From contig DATHRK010000103.1 of the NCBI GenBank assembly GCA_035465395.1, positions 23,822-87,821 on the forward strand: DNA of 64,000 nt. The letters are read 5' to 3'. Under the pieces are notes generated by a model. It had not been told where the DNA came from. It searched no databases and was given only the letters and a program-made list of their open reading frames with translations. This DNA comes from Longimicrobiales bacterium (lineage in GTDB: Bacteria; Gemmatimonadota; Gemmatimonadetes; Longimicrobiales; RSA9). Of this stretch, positions 54,790 through 62,891 are shown one piece after another (the stretch's first letter is position 1; every line of letters starts with the position of its first letter). The position numbers were made by a program, and so were the translations under genes.

Positions 54790-55109
54790 GCCGGTGGGGC
54801 CGGTGAGCAGGCGACCCGCCGACTCGCCCTCCAGCGCGCGACCCCAGGCCGCACGGAGGGCCTCCAGGTCGCGAGTTCGCCCCGTCAGGGGCAGGCGTTC
54901 GAGCGTGGCTCGGATGGGATCCTGCCAGGTCCGGGTGTGCTGCGCTGGCGGGTGCCGCGGGCCGCGCGCGTGCGCACCGCGGAAAAGGATGTTTCACCGC
55001 CCCGGGTGCGTTTGTCAAACCCCCGTCCTTGACCCACTTGGCGCTCTGCGTGAGCTTTCCCGCCGGCTTCGCGCGACCGGTCTCCGACCGGCCTCCGCGA
55101 AGCCGCCCT

Positions 55110-55183
55110 GCGGGAGTAGCTCAGTTGGCTAGAGCATCAGCCTTCCAAGCTGAGGGTCGCGGGTTCGAGTCCCGTCTCCCGCT
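55110..55183 (+). tRNA. tRNA-Gly (anticodon UCC)
   Basis: Acceptor GCGGGAG/CTCCCGC, D-arm AGCTCAGTTGGCTAGAGC, anticodon loop CTTCCAA, T-arm GCGGGTTCGAGTCCCGT. Confidence 0.9.
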
Positions 55184-55191
55184 CTGCTGAT

Positions 55192-55233
55192 CCGGTGCCT
55201 CACAAACAGTCAGTGAGGCACCGGTTCTTCTTT
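55192..55233 (+). terminator. rho-independent terminator after tRNA-Gly
   Basis: 12-bp stem CCGGTGCCTCAC/GTGAGGCACCGG, a 9-nt loop, then TTCTTCTTT. Confidence 0.7.
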
Positions 55234-55398
55234 GCGTTGTCGCTCCCTCCAGTGGCGCTGCCCGTGGCGGTGACGTTCAGGGAGCGGATGCCGTGCGCTG
55301 GCGTGGCGCGGACCCGGGACGGCCGCCGGGGACAGCCGCGCCGGCGGAATGCGCGGGGCGCCATCCCGGCGGCCGGCGGGCGCGCCGGAGGGCCGCTC

Positions 55399-56841
55399 CT
55401 ACGGCCGCTCCGCATGGAAGAGAGTCTCGAGGGGGGTATAACCGGGGGCTTCGACGTGCACAGGCAGCGTGTCGGTGCGCACGCCCGCGGCGAGCGGCAA
55501 CTCGACGGCGCCGCGGGCGTCGGTGGTGGCCTCGGCTCCCAAGGCGCGGACGCGGGCGCCGGCCACCGGCTCGCCGGCGTCCTCTACCACGAGGCGGAGC
55601 CGGGCGTCCACGTCCAGGGGCGGCGGCAGCGCGGGCGGCATCACCGTGAGCCCCGGGAGGAGGAGGCGCTCCCTGATCGCCACCGCGTCCCCCTCCCGGC
55701 CCGCCACGATCACCCGCAGCGCTCCGTCCGCGGCGGCGGCCGCCAGCGCCAGGGGGGGCGCGCCGGGCGCGGGGAGGGGCGCGGCTACCCGACCACCCGC
55801 GCGCGGCGCGCCCGCGCGGGCGGTCCGGACGGCGCGGACCGAGTCGGTGTCGGTCCATGCGCCCCACAGCCGCCCGTCGTCGGTGGCCGCGGCCGCCAGG
55901 GCCGTGACCCGACCCGGGACGGGCGCCAGGTATATGGCCGGCTCGTTCGGGCGTGCGCCGTGCCTCCACGCCCGTACGCCATCGCAGGTCGCGGTCCCGC
56001 CGCAGTAGACGACATACACGCTCCCCTCGCCGGGCGGCCCCGCCAGGACGTACCGGGCTCCGCCATCGGCGGTGGCGGCGGCCCGGGAGTCGGGGACGTC
56101 GAAGGCGCCGTCGTCCGCCGGGAGCACCGTCATCGTGCTCAGGCCTTCGCCCTCCACGGCGCCGGCGAGGACGATGCTGCCATCGCCGTCCACTGCCAGC
56201 GCGAGGTCCGCGTCGCAGCAGAACGGGATCTCGAACGGCGCGTGTTCGGGCGTCATACCGAAAGCGATGCGGGTGCCGGCGCCCGTGGGCCAGGCGAAGA
56301 TTGCGGCGTCCTCCCGGTCCACCACCACGGCGGCGGGGCCGGTCGGGTCGATATCGCCGCTGAGAGCCCGGGGGAGCGGCCCTTCACGCACCGTTGCCGC
56401 CCGGACGGAGGGTTCGTCCGACCTCGAGGGGGAGCCCACGATGGCCGCGACGAAGCCGTGGGCGTTGCTTGCGGCGAGGCGGGGGCTCCGAAGCGTGGCC
56501 CAGCCGGCGAGGAGGGTGTCGGTGGCGCCCCCGGGAAGTGCGGCCTGGAAGAGAGCCCGTCCCGCGGCCGTCTCCGCGACCCAGAGCGCGTGGACCGCCC
56601 GAGGCCCGAAGGTCAGCGTGACCTCCTCCGCCCCGCGGGGGAGCCGCCCCAGGAGCGTCCAGCCGGAGTCGCCCGGCGTCTCCGACGCGATGCCCTGGGT
56701 GTCGGCCGAGGCCGGCCCGGGGCCGGGCGCCGGTTCCCGATCGGCCGGGGCGTCGCACGCGGCGAGCGCCGTGGCCAGGACGAGCCCCCGCCCCGCGCCC
56801 CGAACGCCGGGCAGGGTGAACCGTGCGCCCGGGCCGCTCAC
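55399..56841 (-). CDS. hypothetical lipoprotein (480 aa)
   Basis: GTG 56841 overlaps the upstream stop (GTGA). Lipobox TALAAC. A/G-rich beta-type repeats. The C-terminal ~80 aa resemble a carboxypeptidase-regulatory-like fold (weak). Confidence 0.55.
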   Translation of the reverse strand: MSGPGARFTLPGVRGAGRGLVLATALAACDAPADREPAPGPGPASADTQGIASETPGDSGWTLLGRLPRGAEEVTLTFGPRAVHALWVAETAAGRALFQAALPGGATDTLLAGWATLRSPRLAASNAHGFVAAIVGSPSRSDEPSVRAATVREGPLPRALSGDIDPTGPAAVVVDREDAAIFAWPTGAGTRIAFGMTPEHAPFEIPFCCDADLALAVDGDGSIVLAGAVEGEGLSTMTVLPADDGAFDVPDSRAAATADGGARYVLAGPPGEGSVYVVYCGGTATCDGVRAWRHGARPNEPAIYLAPVPGRVTALAAAATDDGRLWGAWTDTDSVRAVRTARAGAPRAGGRVAAPLPAPGAPPLALAAAAADGALRVIVAGREGDAVAIRERLLLPGLTVMPPALPPPLDVDARLRLVVEDAGEPVAGARVRALGAEATTDARGAVELPLAAGVRTDTLPVHVEAPGYTPLETLFHAERP

Positions 56842-58352
56842 CGCTGCCGCGCTGCCGCGCGGCCTACGGCCAGGACGCCGCCCTGGACGCGGACGTACAC
56901 GGCGCCGCCCTGATCCCGGCCGAGGGTGACCCCGCGGTCGAAGACATGGGCGGTCCGGCCTTCGGCATCGATGAGCACGAGGCGCGCGGCGCCATCGATT
57001 CGGCGCCACGCAACGGCGCGACCGTCGGCGAGGCGCAGGAGCCTTCCGGGCGCCAGGTCGAGCCCCGTGAGGCCCGGCGGTTCCGGCTGGGGCCTGAGCG
57101 AGACCGGGTCCGTGGGGTTGATGACGATGGCCCGGCGCTGCGCCGATGGGGGCGGTGCCGCCACGGCCGCGCCCGGCCTTCGGATCGCGGGCACCCGGGC
57201 GATCAGAGCAGGGCACGCGTCGGGCTGGGCCCCGTCCCCGCCGCACACGGGGATACTGGACTGGACGGTCCCGGCGGCGTTCCCCAGCTCCACCTCGAGG
57301 GTGCGGGGCTGGCGCGCGAGGGTGGCCGGGACCTCGAGGGTCACGGCGTCGGCTCCCGAAGAGGCAACGCGGGCCGATTGCCAACCCTCGGCGCCCCGGA
57401 GTCGTGCCCGGAGGGGCGTGCCTCCCCGGTAGCTGAAGCGTACGCGGGCGACGGAGTCGGCGACGGGCAGCCAGAGGGGGCTGGGGCGGCCCAGCTGGAG
57501 GGGCGCCTGGACGTGGAGGCGGCCCAGGCGGCGGGGTCCGCCACGGGCGGTCGTGACCCCCACGAGGTACAGGCCGGGCTTCGATTGCAGGGACGCGGGG
57601 ACGCGGCACTCCAGGTACCCCTCGGCCGCATGCAACAAGATGATGTCGCACGGCTCCACCCCAACGCGGGCGTCGGCGCCGGGCATGAGGTTCTCCGTGC
57701 TCACCCGGATCACCGCGGGCTCTGCGCCCTGGGCCAGAACGGGCACGTGGGCCGGGTGGATGCCGGTGACCGTGGGCGCGGCCGTGGGAGCGGCCGCGAT
57801 CGCGACCTTCAGCACGTTGGACCTGTCCTCGACGTCGAACGTAGCCGTATAGACGGCGTCATCACCGCTGCCTCGCACGTGCTCGTGCCACTCGCCGCGC
57901 TCCACCCGGAACTCCAGGGCTCCGGGCGCGCGGAGATAGACGTCGTTGGGCAGCTCGAAGTCCATCATGCCGGGACCCCAGCCGCCGCTCCAGCCGTTGG
58001 CCCGGAGCGGGGCGAGGTCCTTTTCCGTCTCGTACCACGAGCCCTGGGGGTTCAGGTAGAGCCGGCGCCACCCCGCCTCGCCCGCACGGCGGACGTAGTA
58101 GCGATACAGGCGCCAGTTCCAGCGCACGTCGCCCGCGTTTACGTTTTCTCCGGTCAGTCGGACCCGCGTGGTGCCCTCGGCCGGGTTCACCATCAACGCG
58201 TCGGGGTACGCGGACTTGAGCCGGACCGGGGCATCCGACCCCTGGGCGGCCAGGGGCGCGGCCGGGACGGCGACCAGGGCCAGGCCGGCGAGGGATGCGA
58301 TGAAGAAGGGGCGGGAAAAGCCGAGGAGCGGGGGGGGCGCGGTCGTCCGCAT
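56838..58352 (-). CDS. hypothetical exported protein (504 aa)
   Basis: Signal peptide ...PLAAQ. The W/Y-rich N-terminal domain and Ig-like middle region are guesses. No family recognised. Confidence 0.55.
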   Translation of the reverse strand: MRTTAPPPLLGFSRPFFIASLAGLALVAVPAAPLAAQGSDAPVRLKSAYPDALMVNPAEGTTRVRLTGENVNAGDVRWNWRLYRYYVRRAGEAGWRRLYLNPQGSWYETEKDLAPLRANGWSGGWGPGMMDFELPNDVYLRAPGALEFRVERGEWHEHVRGSGDDAVYTATFDVEDRSNVLKVAIAAAPTAAPTVTGIHPAHVPVLAQGAEPAVIRVSTENLMPGADARVGVEPCDIILLHAAEGYLECRVPASLQSKPGLYLVGVTTARGGPRRLGRLHVQAPLQLGRPSPLWLPVADSVARVRFSYRGGTPLRARLRGAEGWQSARVASSGADAVTLEVPATLARQPRTLEVELGNAAGTVQSSIPVCGGDGAQPDACPALIARVPAIRRPGAAVAAPPPSAQRRAIVINPTDPVSLRPQPEPPGLTGLDLAPGRLLRLADGRAVAWRRIDGAARLVLIDAEGRTAHVFDRGVTLGRDQGGAVYVRVQGGVLAVGRAAARQR

Positions 58353-58496
58353 GAATCACCTCCAGGACGTCAAGCTCATGGTTCGTGGCGCCGGCCGGGG
58401 ACGTGGTTGCGGGGGGACCGGCGCGCTTCGTGGGGAGGATCCTACCAATCTAGGCGATCCGGGGGAGGCCGTCACGATTCCCGTCGCGGCCCCGGC

Positions 58497-59078
58497 TCAG
58501 GCGCCGCCGGGGACCCGCTCGAGGGCCGTGCGGGCGAGAGAGGTCAGGGCGTCGCGGGGGTCCGCGTCGCCCATGGCCCCGAGGGATAGCATGAATCCCG
58601 GCCGGAAGACGTGGAGCTGCATGAGCGCCGGGCTCCATCCAGCTCCCGCTCCAAGCACAGGCACGGGATCGAATTCGAAGTCGGGCATCGCATTCTGGCG
58701 CATGTCCTCGATGCTGGCCCGGAGGGCGGCGTCGGGGTCGGTGATGGTGCGATCCGGCCGATAAGCGACCGAGACGCTGGGCTGCGCCGCCTCGTTCGCC
58801 GCCTCGAAGATGCAGATGGAGAAGTAGTTCTCGCCCTCCCCGGTGCCGTGCTCCTGGAGGCGCCCGTCCTCGAACGTGGTCCCGAAGGCCTCGGCCACCT
58901 CGGCCGAGGAGAGGAGGTCGCAAGCGCCCACACGGGGCGGGGCCCCGGTGGCCTGCGCGCCGGGCGCCTGCGCGGGCGCGGTGTCCCCGGAGTCCGCGGG
59001 ATCCCGGGCCGCGTCACGATCCCCGCAGGCGGCGCCCAGCAGAGACGCCAGGAGGAGGGGGACGATGCGCTTGATCAT
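58497..59078 (-). CDS. hypothetical lipoprotein (paralog of 62079..62669)
   Basis: Start MIKRIV at 59078. Lipobox LLGAAC, P/A linker, then ACDLLSSAEVAEAFG ... LARTALERV. Confidence 0.55.
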   Translation of the reverse strand: MIKRIVPLLLASLLGAACGDRDAARDPADSGDTAPAQAPGAQATGAPPRVGACDLLSSAEVAEAFGTTFEDGRLQEHGTGEGENYFSICIFEAANEAAQPSVSVAYRPDRTITDPDAALRASIEDMRQNAMPDFEFDPVPVLGAGAGWSPALMQLHVFRPGFMLSLGAMGDADPRDALTSLARTALERVPGGA

Positions 59079-59171
59079 GAGGTTTCCGGGGTAGAGGTAG
59101 TGGCGGCCGGCATCGCTCCGCATGGACAACGTTCAGCCGCCGGGGCGGAAGGACAAGCCCCGGTCGGACCA

Positions 59172-59200
59172 TTGACCACGGACTTTCGCGTTGGTATGCA
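59172..59200 (+). promoter_or_regulatory. sigma70-like promoter for the 59.3-62.0 kb operon
   Basis: TTGACC (59172-59177), a 17-nt spacer, then TATGCA (59195-59200). About 110 nt upstream of ATG 59311. Confidence 0.35.
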
Positions 59201-59310
59201 TGTGGCGAAGCCGCCGCTTCTCGCCCCTGGAGCCTCCTGCGGACGCTTCCGCCGGTCGAGCCCCGTCGGTCCGGGCTCTCCGGTCATACCTGGACCTGCC
59301 GAGGTCAGTT

Positions 59311-60075
59311 ATGCGACCGAACGCGACGGGCGCCGGATGGCGCGGTACCCCGCTCCTGCCTCTTCTCTCGCCTCTCCTCCTGGCCGTCCTCACGGGCGCC
59401 GCCGCTGGGGGGACGATCCGCGCGCAGGGCGCGTCGGCCCAAGAGGTGGACGAGGCCGCGGCGGAGGAGTACGTGCGGGAGATCATGGACCCCACGGTCT
59501 GGACGCTCGAGCCCGAGTCGAGCCCGGCGCTGCCCACGGGGCGCATCGCCGTGGCGGAAGGAGCGGCGGGTTCGGCGGGGGTGCAGTTCAAGGTGGGGGA
59601 CCTGGACATCATGCAACCCGTCCAGGTGACACTGCTGACGCCGGAGAGCGGGGCCCCACTGCGGCTGGAGCTTCGGAAGTACCACTGGTCCACGGAGCCG
59701 GACCGCTCCAGCGATACGGGCGCGGCGGGCATCGCCATCGAGCCGCTCCGGACGCAGGGCGACCTCTACGTGCGGGTGGTTTCGCCCGCCGGCACCAGGC
59801 CGTACCGGCTGGGCGTGTGGGTGGGGGACGCCGTGGAGCCGGAGCGGAAGCCGGCCGTGGTCGCATACGGCGCCGTCGTCGGGTCCGAGGGGAATGCGGA
59901 CGCAAGCGCCGGCTCCGCGGGCGGCGCTTCCGCGGATGCCGGGCGCGATTCGGCAGGCGGCGGTGGGGGTCTGGTGCTCTACGTGATTGCCGGGCTGCTG
60001 GCGGCGGTGGTGGTGTTGCTGGGCGTGCTCGTGCTGCGTCGTCCCGCCCGCTCCGGCAAAGGGGGTGCCGCATGA
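59311..60075 (+). CDS. hypothetical exported protein with C-terminal TM anchor
   Basis: Signal peptide (LLPLLSPLLLAVLTGAAAG), a ~170-aa beta-rich domain, a G/S/A/D linker, then TM helix LVLYVIAGLLAAVVVLLGVLVL. Confidence 0.5.
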   Translation: MRPNATGAGWRGTPLLPLLSPLLLAVLTGAAAGGTIRAQGASAQEVDEAAAEEYVREIMDPTVWTLEPESSPALPTGRIAVAEGAAGSAGVQFKVGDLDIMQPVQVTLLTPESGAPLRLELRKYHWSTEPDRSSDTGAAGIAIEPLRTQGDLYVRVVSPAGTRPYRLGVWVGDAVEPERKPAVVAYGAVVGSEGNADASAGSAGGASADAGRDSAGGGGGLVLYVIAGLLAAVVVLLGVLVLRRPARSGKGGAA

Positions 60076-60770
60076 GGGTGGGCACCGGTGTCGTGATGCT
60101 GCTGTTCGGGCTGGGAGCCGTGGCGCCGTCCGCGGCGGCGCAGGACCCGAAGCCGTCGAGCGTGGGAGACTTCCTGTCCGCTGTGAACGAGGCCCTGAGC
60201 GATCCGTCCATCGGAGCTTCCGCCCAGAAGGGCCTGGGGACGGGCGGCTTCAGCCGGCTGTCGGATCTGGCCAAGTCGGGCGCCGCGGCGGCCCGGTTCG
60301 GGGAGTTCGCCACGCTGACCCCGGAGGACGAGGCCGCGCGTCCGGACCTCGACCCCGCCGGGCTCCCCCAGATCCCGTCCCACTGCGCCGACCTCGGGGC
60401 GTCGTGCGCCCGCTGCTACGGGGACGCGCAGGCGGAGCTGGAGAACCTGCGCGTCTACTTCGAGCAGCTCCGGCGCGTGGACCGGAGCACGCGACGCTAC
60501 TACAGCGCGGCCATGAGCGTGGGCGACGGCATCGCCACCCTCCACATGGGTGCGGCCCTGGCCTGGCAGGAGGAGAAGATCAAGATCGCCCGGTCCATGC
60601 AGAGCTTCGACGCGTCCGTGGAGGTGAAGCAGAAGGAGCTGTTGGAGCGCCTCCAGGACGCGCTCCGCACCATCGGGGCGTGCGAGTCGGAGCACTTCGG
60701 CGTGGACGACTGGTACGATCGGTTCGGCTTCGTCTACTACAACTTCTTCGCCCTGAAGTACGGCACGTGA
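60072..60770 (+). CDS. hypothetical secreted protein with Cys cluster
   Basis: ATGA overlap. Signal peptide ...PSAAAQ. Motif CADLGASCARC plus a helical C-terminal half ending YYNFFALKYGT. Confidence 0.5.
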   Translation: MRVGTGVVMLLFGLGAVAPSAAAQDPKPSSVGDFLSAVNEALSDPSIGASAQKGLGTGGFSRLSDLAKSGAAAARFGEFATLTPEDEAARPDLDPAGLPQIPSHCADLGASCARCYGDAQAELENLRVYFEQLRRVDRSTRRYYSAAMSVGDGIATLHMGAALAWQEEKIKIARSMQSFDASVEVKQKELLERLQDALRTIGACESEHFGVDDWYDRFGFVYYNFFALKYGT

Positions 60771-62038
60771 GCGGGCGCGGGGGTGCCCGCGGGAGTCGCG
60801 CGGCCCTCGCGCTGGCCCTCGCCCTCCCTCTGTCGGCCCCGGGGTGCGGCGGCGACCGGCCGGGAGGCGGTCCCCAGCGTGGGGCGGCGGCGGGGCCCGG
60901 GGCGGCGGTCGAAGCCCCCGGGGACGGGGGCGTGGGGCGGGCGGTCCCGGACACGCTGCCCCCCGGGTACTCCGGTCCGGGAGCCGCCGCGGCCCCAGGG
61001 GTGGGCGTCCGGGTGGACCCGTCGTCGCTGCAGCGCGTGGAGAGGGTGCCTCTGGTGGAGGGGCTCACGGTGGTCACGGCCGTGCGCGTCACGGGGATGG
61101 ACTTCGAGTCGGTCAAGCAGGTCCAGGAGGTCGGGGAGGACGGCTACCTGCTCCTCTACTCGGCCGACGCGCCGGATCGCATGGGCGGGAAGCCGCGCCA
61201 GGTGCGGGTGCGGCGCCGTGTGCTGTGGGAGGACCTCCGGAGCGCGCCTACGTTCCGGATCGATTTCGGCGAGGACGAGCCCGAACTGTTCCGGGGCACC
61301 ACGGCCATCGGCTTGTCCAGCTCCGTGTTCCAACGGATCCGGGATGACGGGAGCGGCACCCTGACGGTGGCGGGGACGCCCACGGCGGAGCACGCGGTGT
61401 ACGGCATGCTCACGGGCACGCCCGAGTTCACCGGGGCCGTGACCTTCCTGGAGGAGGCGCTGGTCCCGGTGGCCGTGAACGGTGTGGCATCGGCGTTGCC
61501 CGCGGTGCGGGTGCGGGGCACCCTCACCGACGATGTGGATGATCTCCCCTTCGAAGCCGATTTCCTCGATGACGCCCGACACCCCATCGCCCTCCGCTGG
61601 CGGCTGGCGGACGAGGGCCTGGATGTGGTGGCGATCGACTGGCCGGGGGACGCCACTTTCGATGTGCTGGAGGAGCGGCTGTCCCTGGGGGAGTCCGTCA
61701 CGCTCCCGGGGATCTATTTCGATTTCGGCAGCGACGTGCTGCGACCCCAATCCGAGCGGGCGCTGGATGCCGCGGCCGCCATGCTGGGGACGCATCCGGA
61801 GTGGCGCCTCCGGATCGAGGGACACACGGACAGCGTGGGCGACGACGCAGCTAACCGGGCGCTGTCGGCCCGACGCGCGGAGGCCGTCCGGCGGGCGCTG
61901 GCTCAGCGACTGGGCGGGGAAGCGGACCGGTTCGACGCGGTGGGACTGGGGGAATCGCAACCCGTGGCGTCCAACGCGTCCCTCGAGGGGCGCGCCCGGA
62001 ATCGGCGGGTGGAGCTGGCCCGGATCGACCGGAGGTGA
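60767..62038 (+). CDS. OmpA-family lipoprotein (novel N-terminal domain plus OmpA_C peptidoglycan-binding domain)
   Basis: GTGA overlap. Lipobox LSAPGC. C-terminus IYFDFGSDVLRPQSERALD...IEGHTDSVGDDAANRALSARRAEAVRRAL...NRRVEL. Confidence 0.8.
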   Translation: MSGRGGARGSRAALALALALPLSAPGCGGDRPGGGPQRGAAAGPGAAVEAPGDGGVGRAVPDTLPPGYSGPGAAAAPGVGVRVDPSSLQRVERVPLVEGLTVVTAVRVTGMDFESVKQVQEVGEDGYLLLYSADAPDRMGGKPRQVRVRRRVLWEDLRSAPTFRIDFGEDEPELFRGTTAIGLSSSVFQRIRDDGSGTLTVAGTPTAEHAVYGMLTGTPEFTGAVTFLEEALVPVAVNGVASALPAVRVRGTLTDDVDDLPFEADFLDDARHPIALRWRLADEGLDVVAIDWPGDATFDVLEERLSLGESVTLPGIYFDFGSDVLRPQSERALDAAAAMLGTHPEWRLRIEGHTDSVGDDAANRALSARRAEAVRRALAQRLGGEADRFDAVGLGESQPVASNASLEGRARNRRVELARIDRR

Positions 62039-62078
62039 GGGAGAGATAAGCGGACCCTGAACGCGGAGTACAGCATCC

Positions 62079-62669
62079 ATGTCGAGGCGAGCCACGGCGG
62101 CGTGGGCCGCAGTCGTGCTGGCGGCCATCCAGGTAGGCTGCGGGGGGGACGACGGGGACGGCCCCCCGGCCGCAGCGCCCCACGCGGAGGCCCCGCCCAG
62201 CGCGGTGGAGGCGGACCCGACCGCCCCGGGGGACGCGTGTGAACTCATCACCGCGGAGGAGGTGGCTGCGCTGGCGGGGACCGCGGTCCGGGCCGTGGAG
62301 TGGGGGACGGAGCGAACGGGCCGCTCGACGGTAACGGAGTGCTGGTACGAGGGCGGTGACCCGGCCGCCTCCACGCCCTACCTCCACACCACGGTCTACT
62401 GGTCGGGTGGCGCCGAGGAGTGGCGCAGCAGCGCCCGCGGGGCGCAGGTGGCGGAGGGCATGCTCAACGAGCCGGACGATGGATACGACCCGTCGTCTCT
62501 GTTCGAGACACGGCGCGTGGATGTTGGCGACCGGGCCATCTTCCGGGCTCTGCTCCCCTCCCACGTGCTGCAGGGAGACGTCCTGATCGAGATGGAGTTC
62601 CCCGCCCTCGACGTGGATGCGCAGGGGTTCGAAGGCCTGGCCCGGACCGCCCTGGCCCGGCTGGGGTGA
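62079..62669 (+). CDS. hypothetical lipoprotein (paralog of 58497..59078)
   Basis: Lipobox AAIQVGC, P/A linker, then ACELITAEEVAALAG ... LARTALARL. Confidence 0.55.
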   Translation: MSRRATAAWAAVVLAAIQVGCGGDDGDGPPAAAPHAEAPPSAVEADPTAPGDACELITAEEVAALAGTAVRAVEWGTERTGRSTVTECWYEGGDPAASTPYLHTTVYWSGGAEEWRSSARGAQVAEGMLNEPDDGYDPSSLFETRRVDVGDRAIFRALLPSHVLQGDVLIEMEFPALDVDAQGFEGLARTALARLG

Positions 62670-62891
62670 TGGTGATGTCGCCCTGCCAGCCAGCCCCGCG
62701 AAGCTCCGTGTGGCTCCGGACGGCGAGCCTGGCGGCACGGTTGAGCACCCGGTTCACCCTGTGGGGCACGGGGGATCGCCCAGGACGCGGGGGTACGGGG
62801 TGGGCGTTCATCTGGTTGACGACCCCCTTCGAGTGATTCCCGCAGGTGCGGGGGTGGGATTCCTCTATTCAACTCCGTCATCGCACCCTCC

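Noticed and set aside
55110-62700. Genomic island or prophage integrated at tRNA-Gly.
   Set aside because: No integrase, recombinase, transposase or phage genes are present. I could not find a direct repeat of the tRNA 3' end downstream. The block is kept as a finding only for its uncharacterised content.
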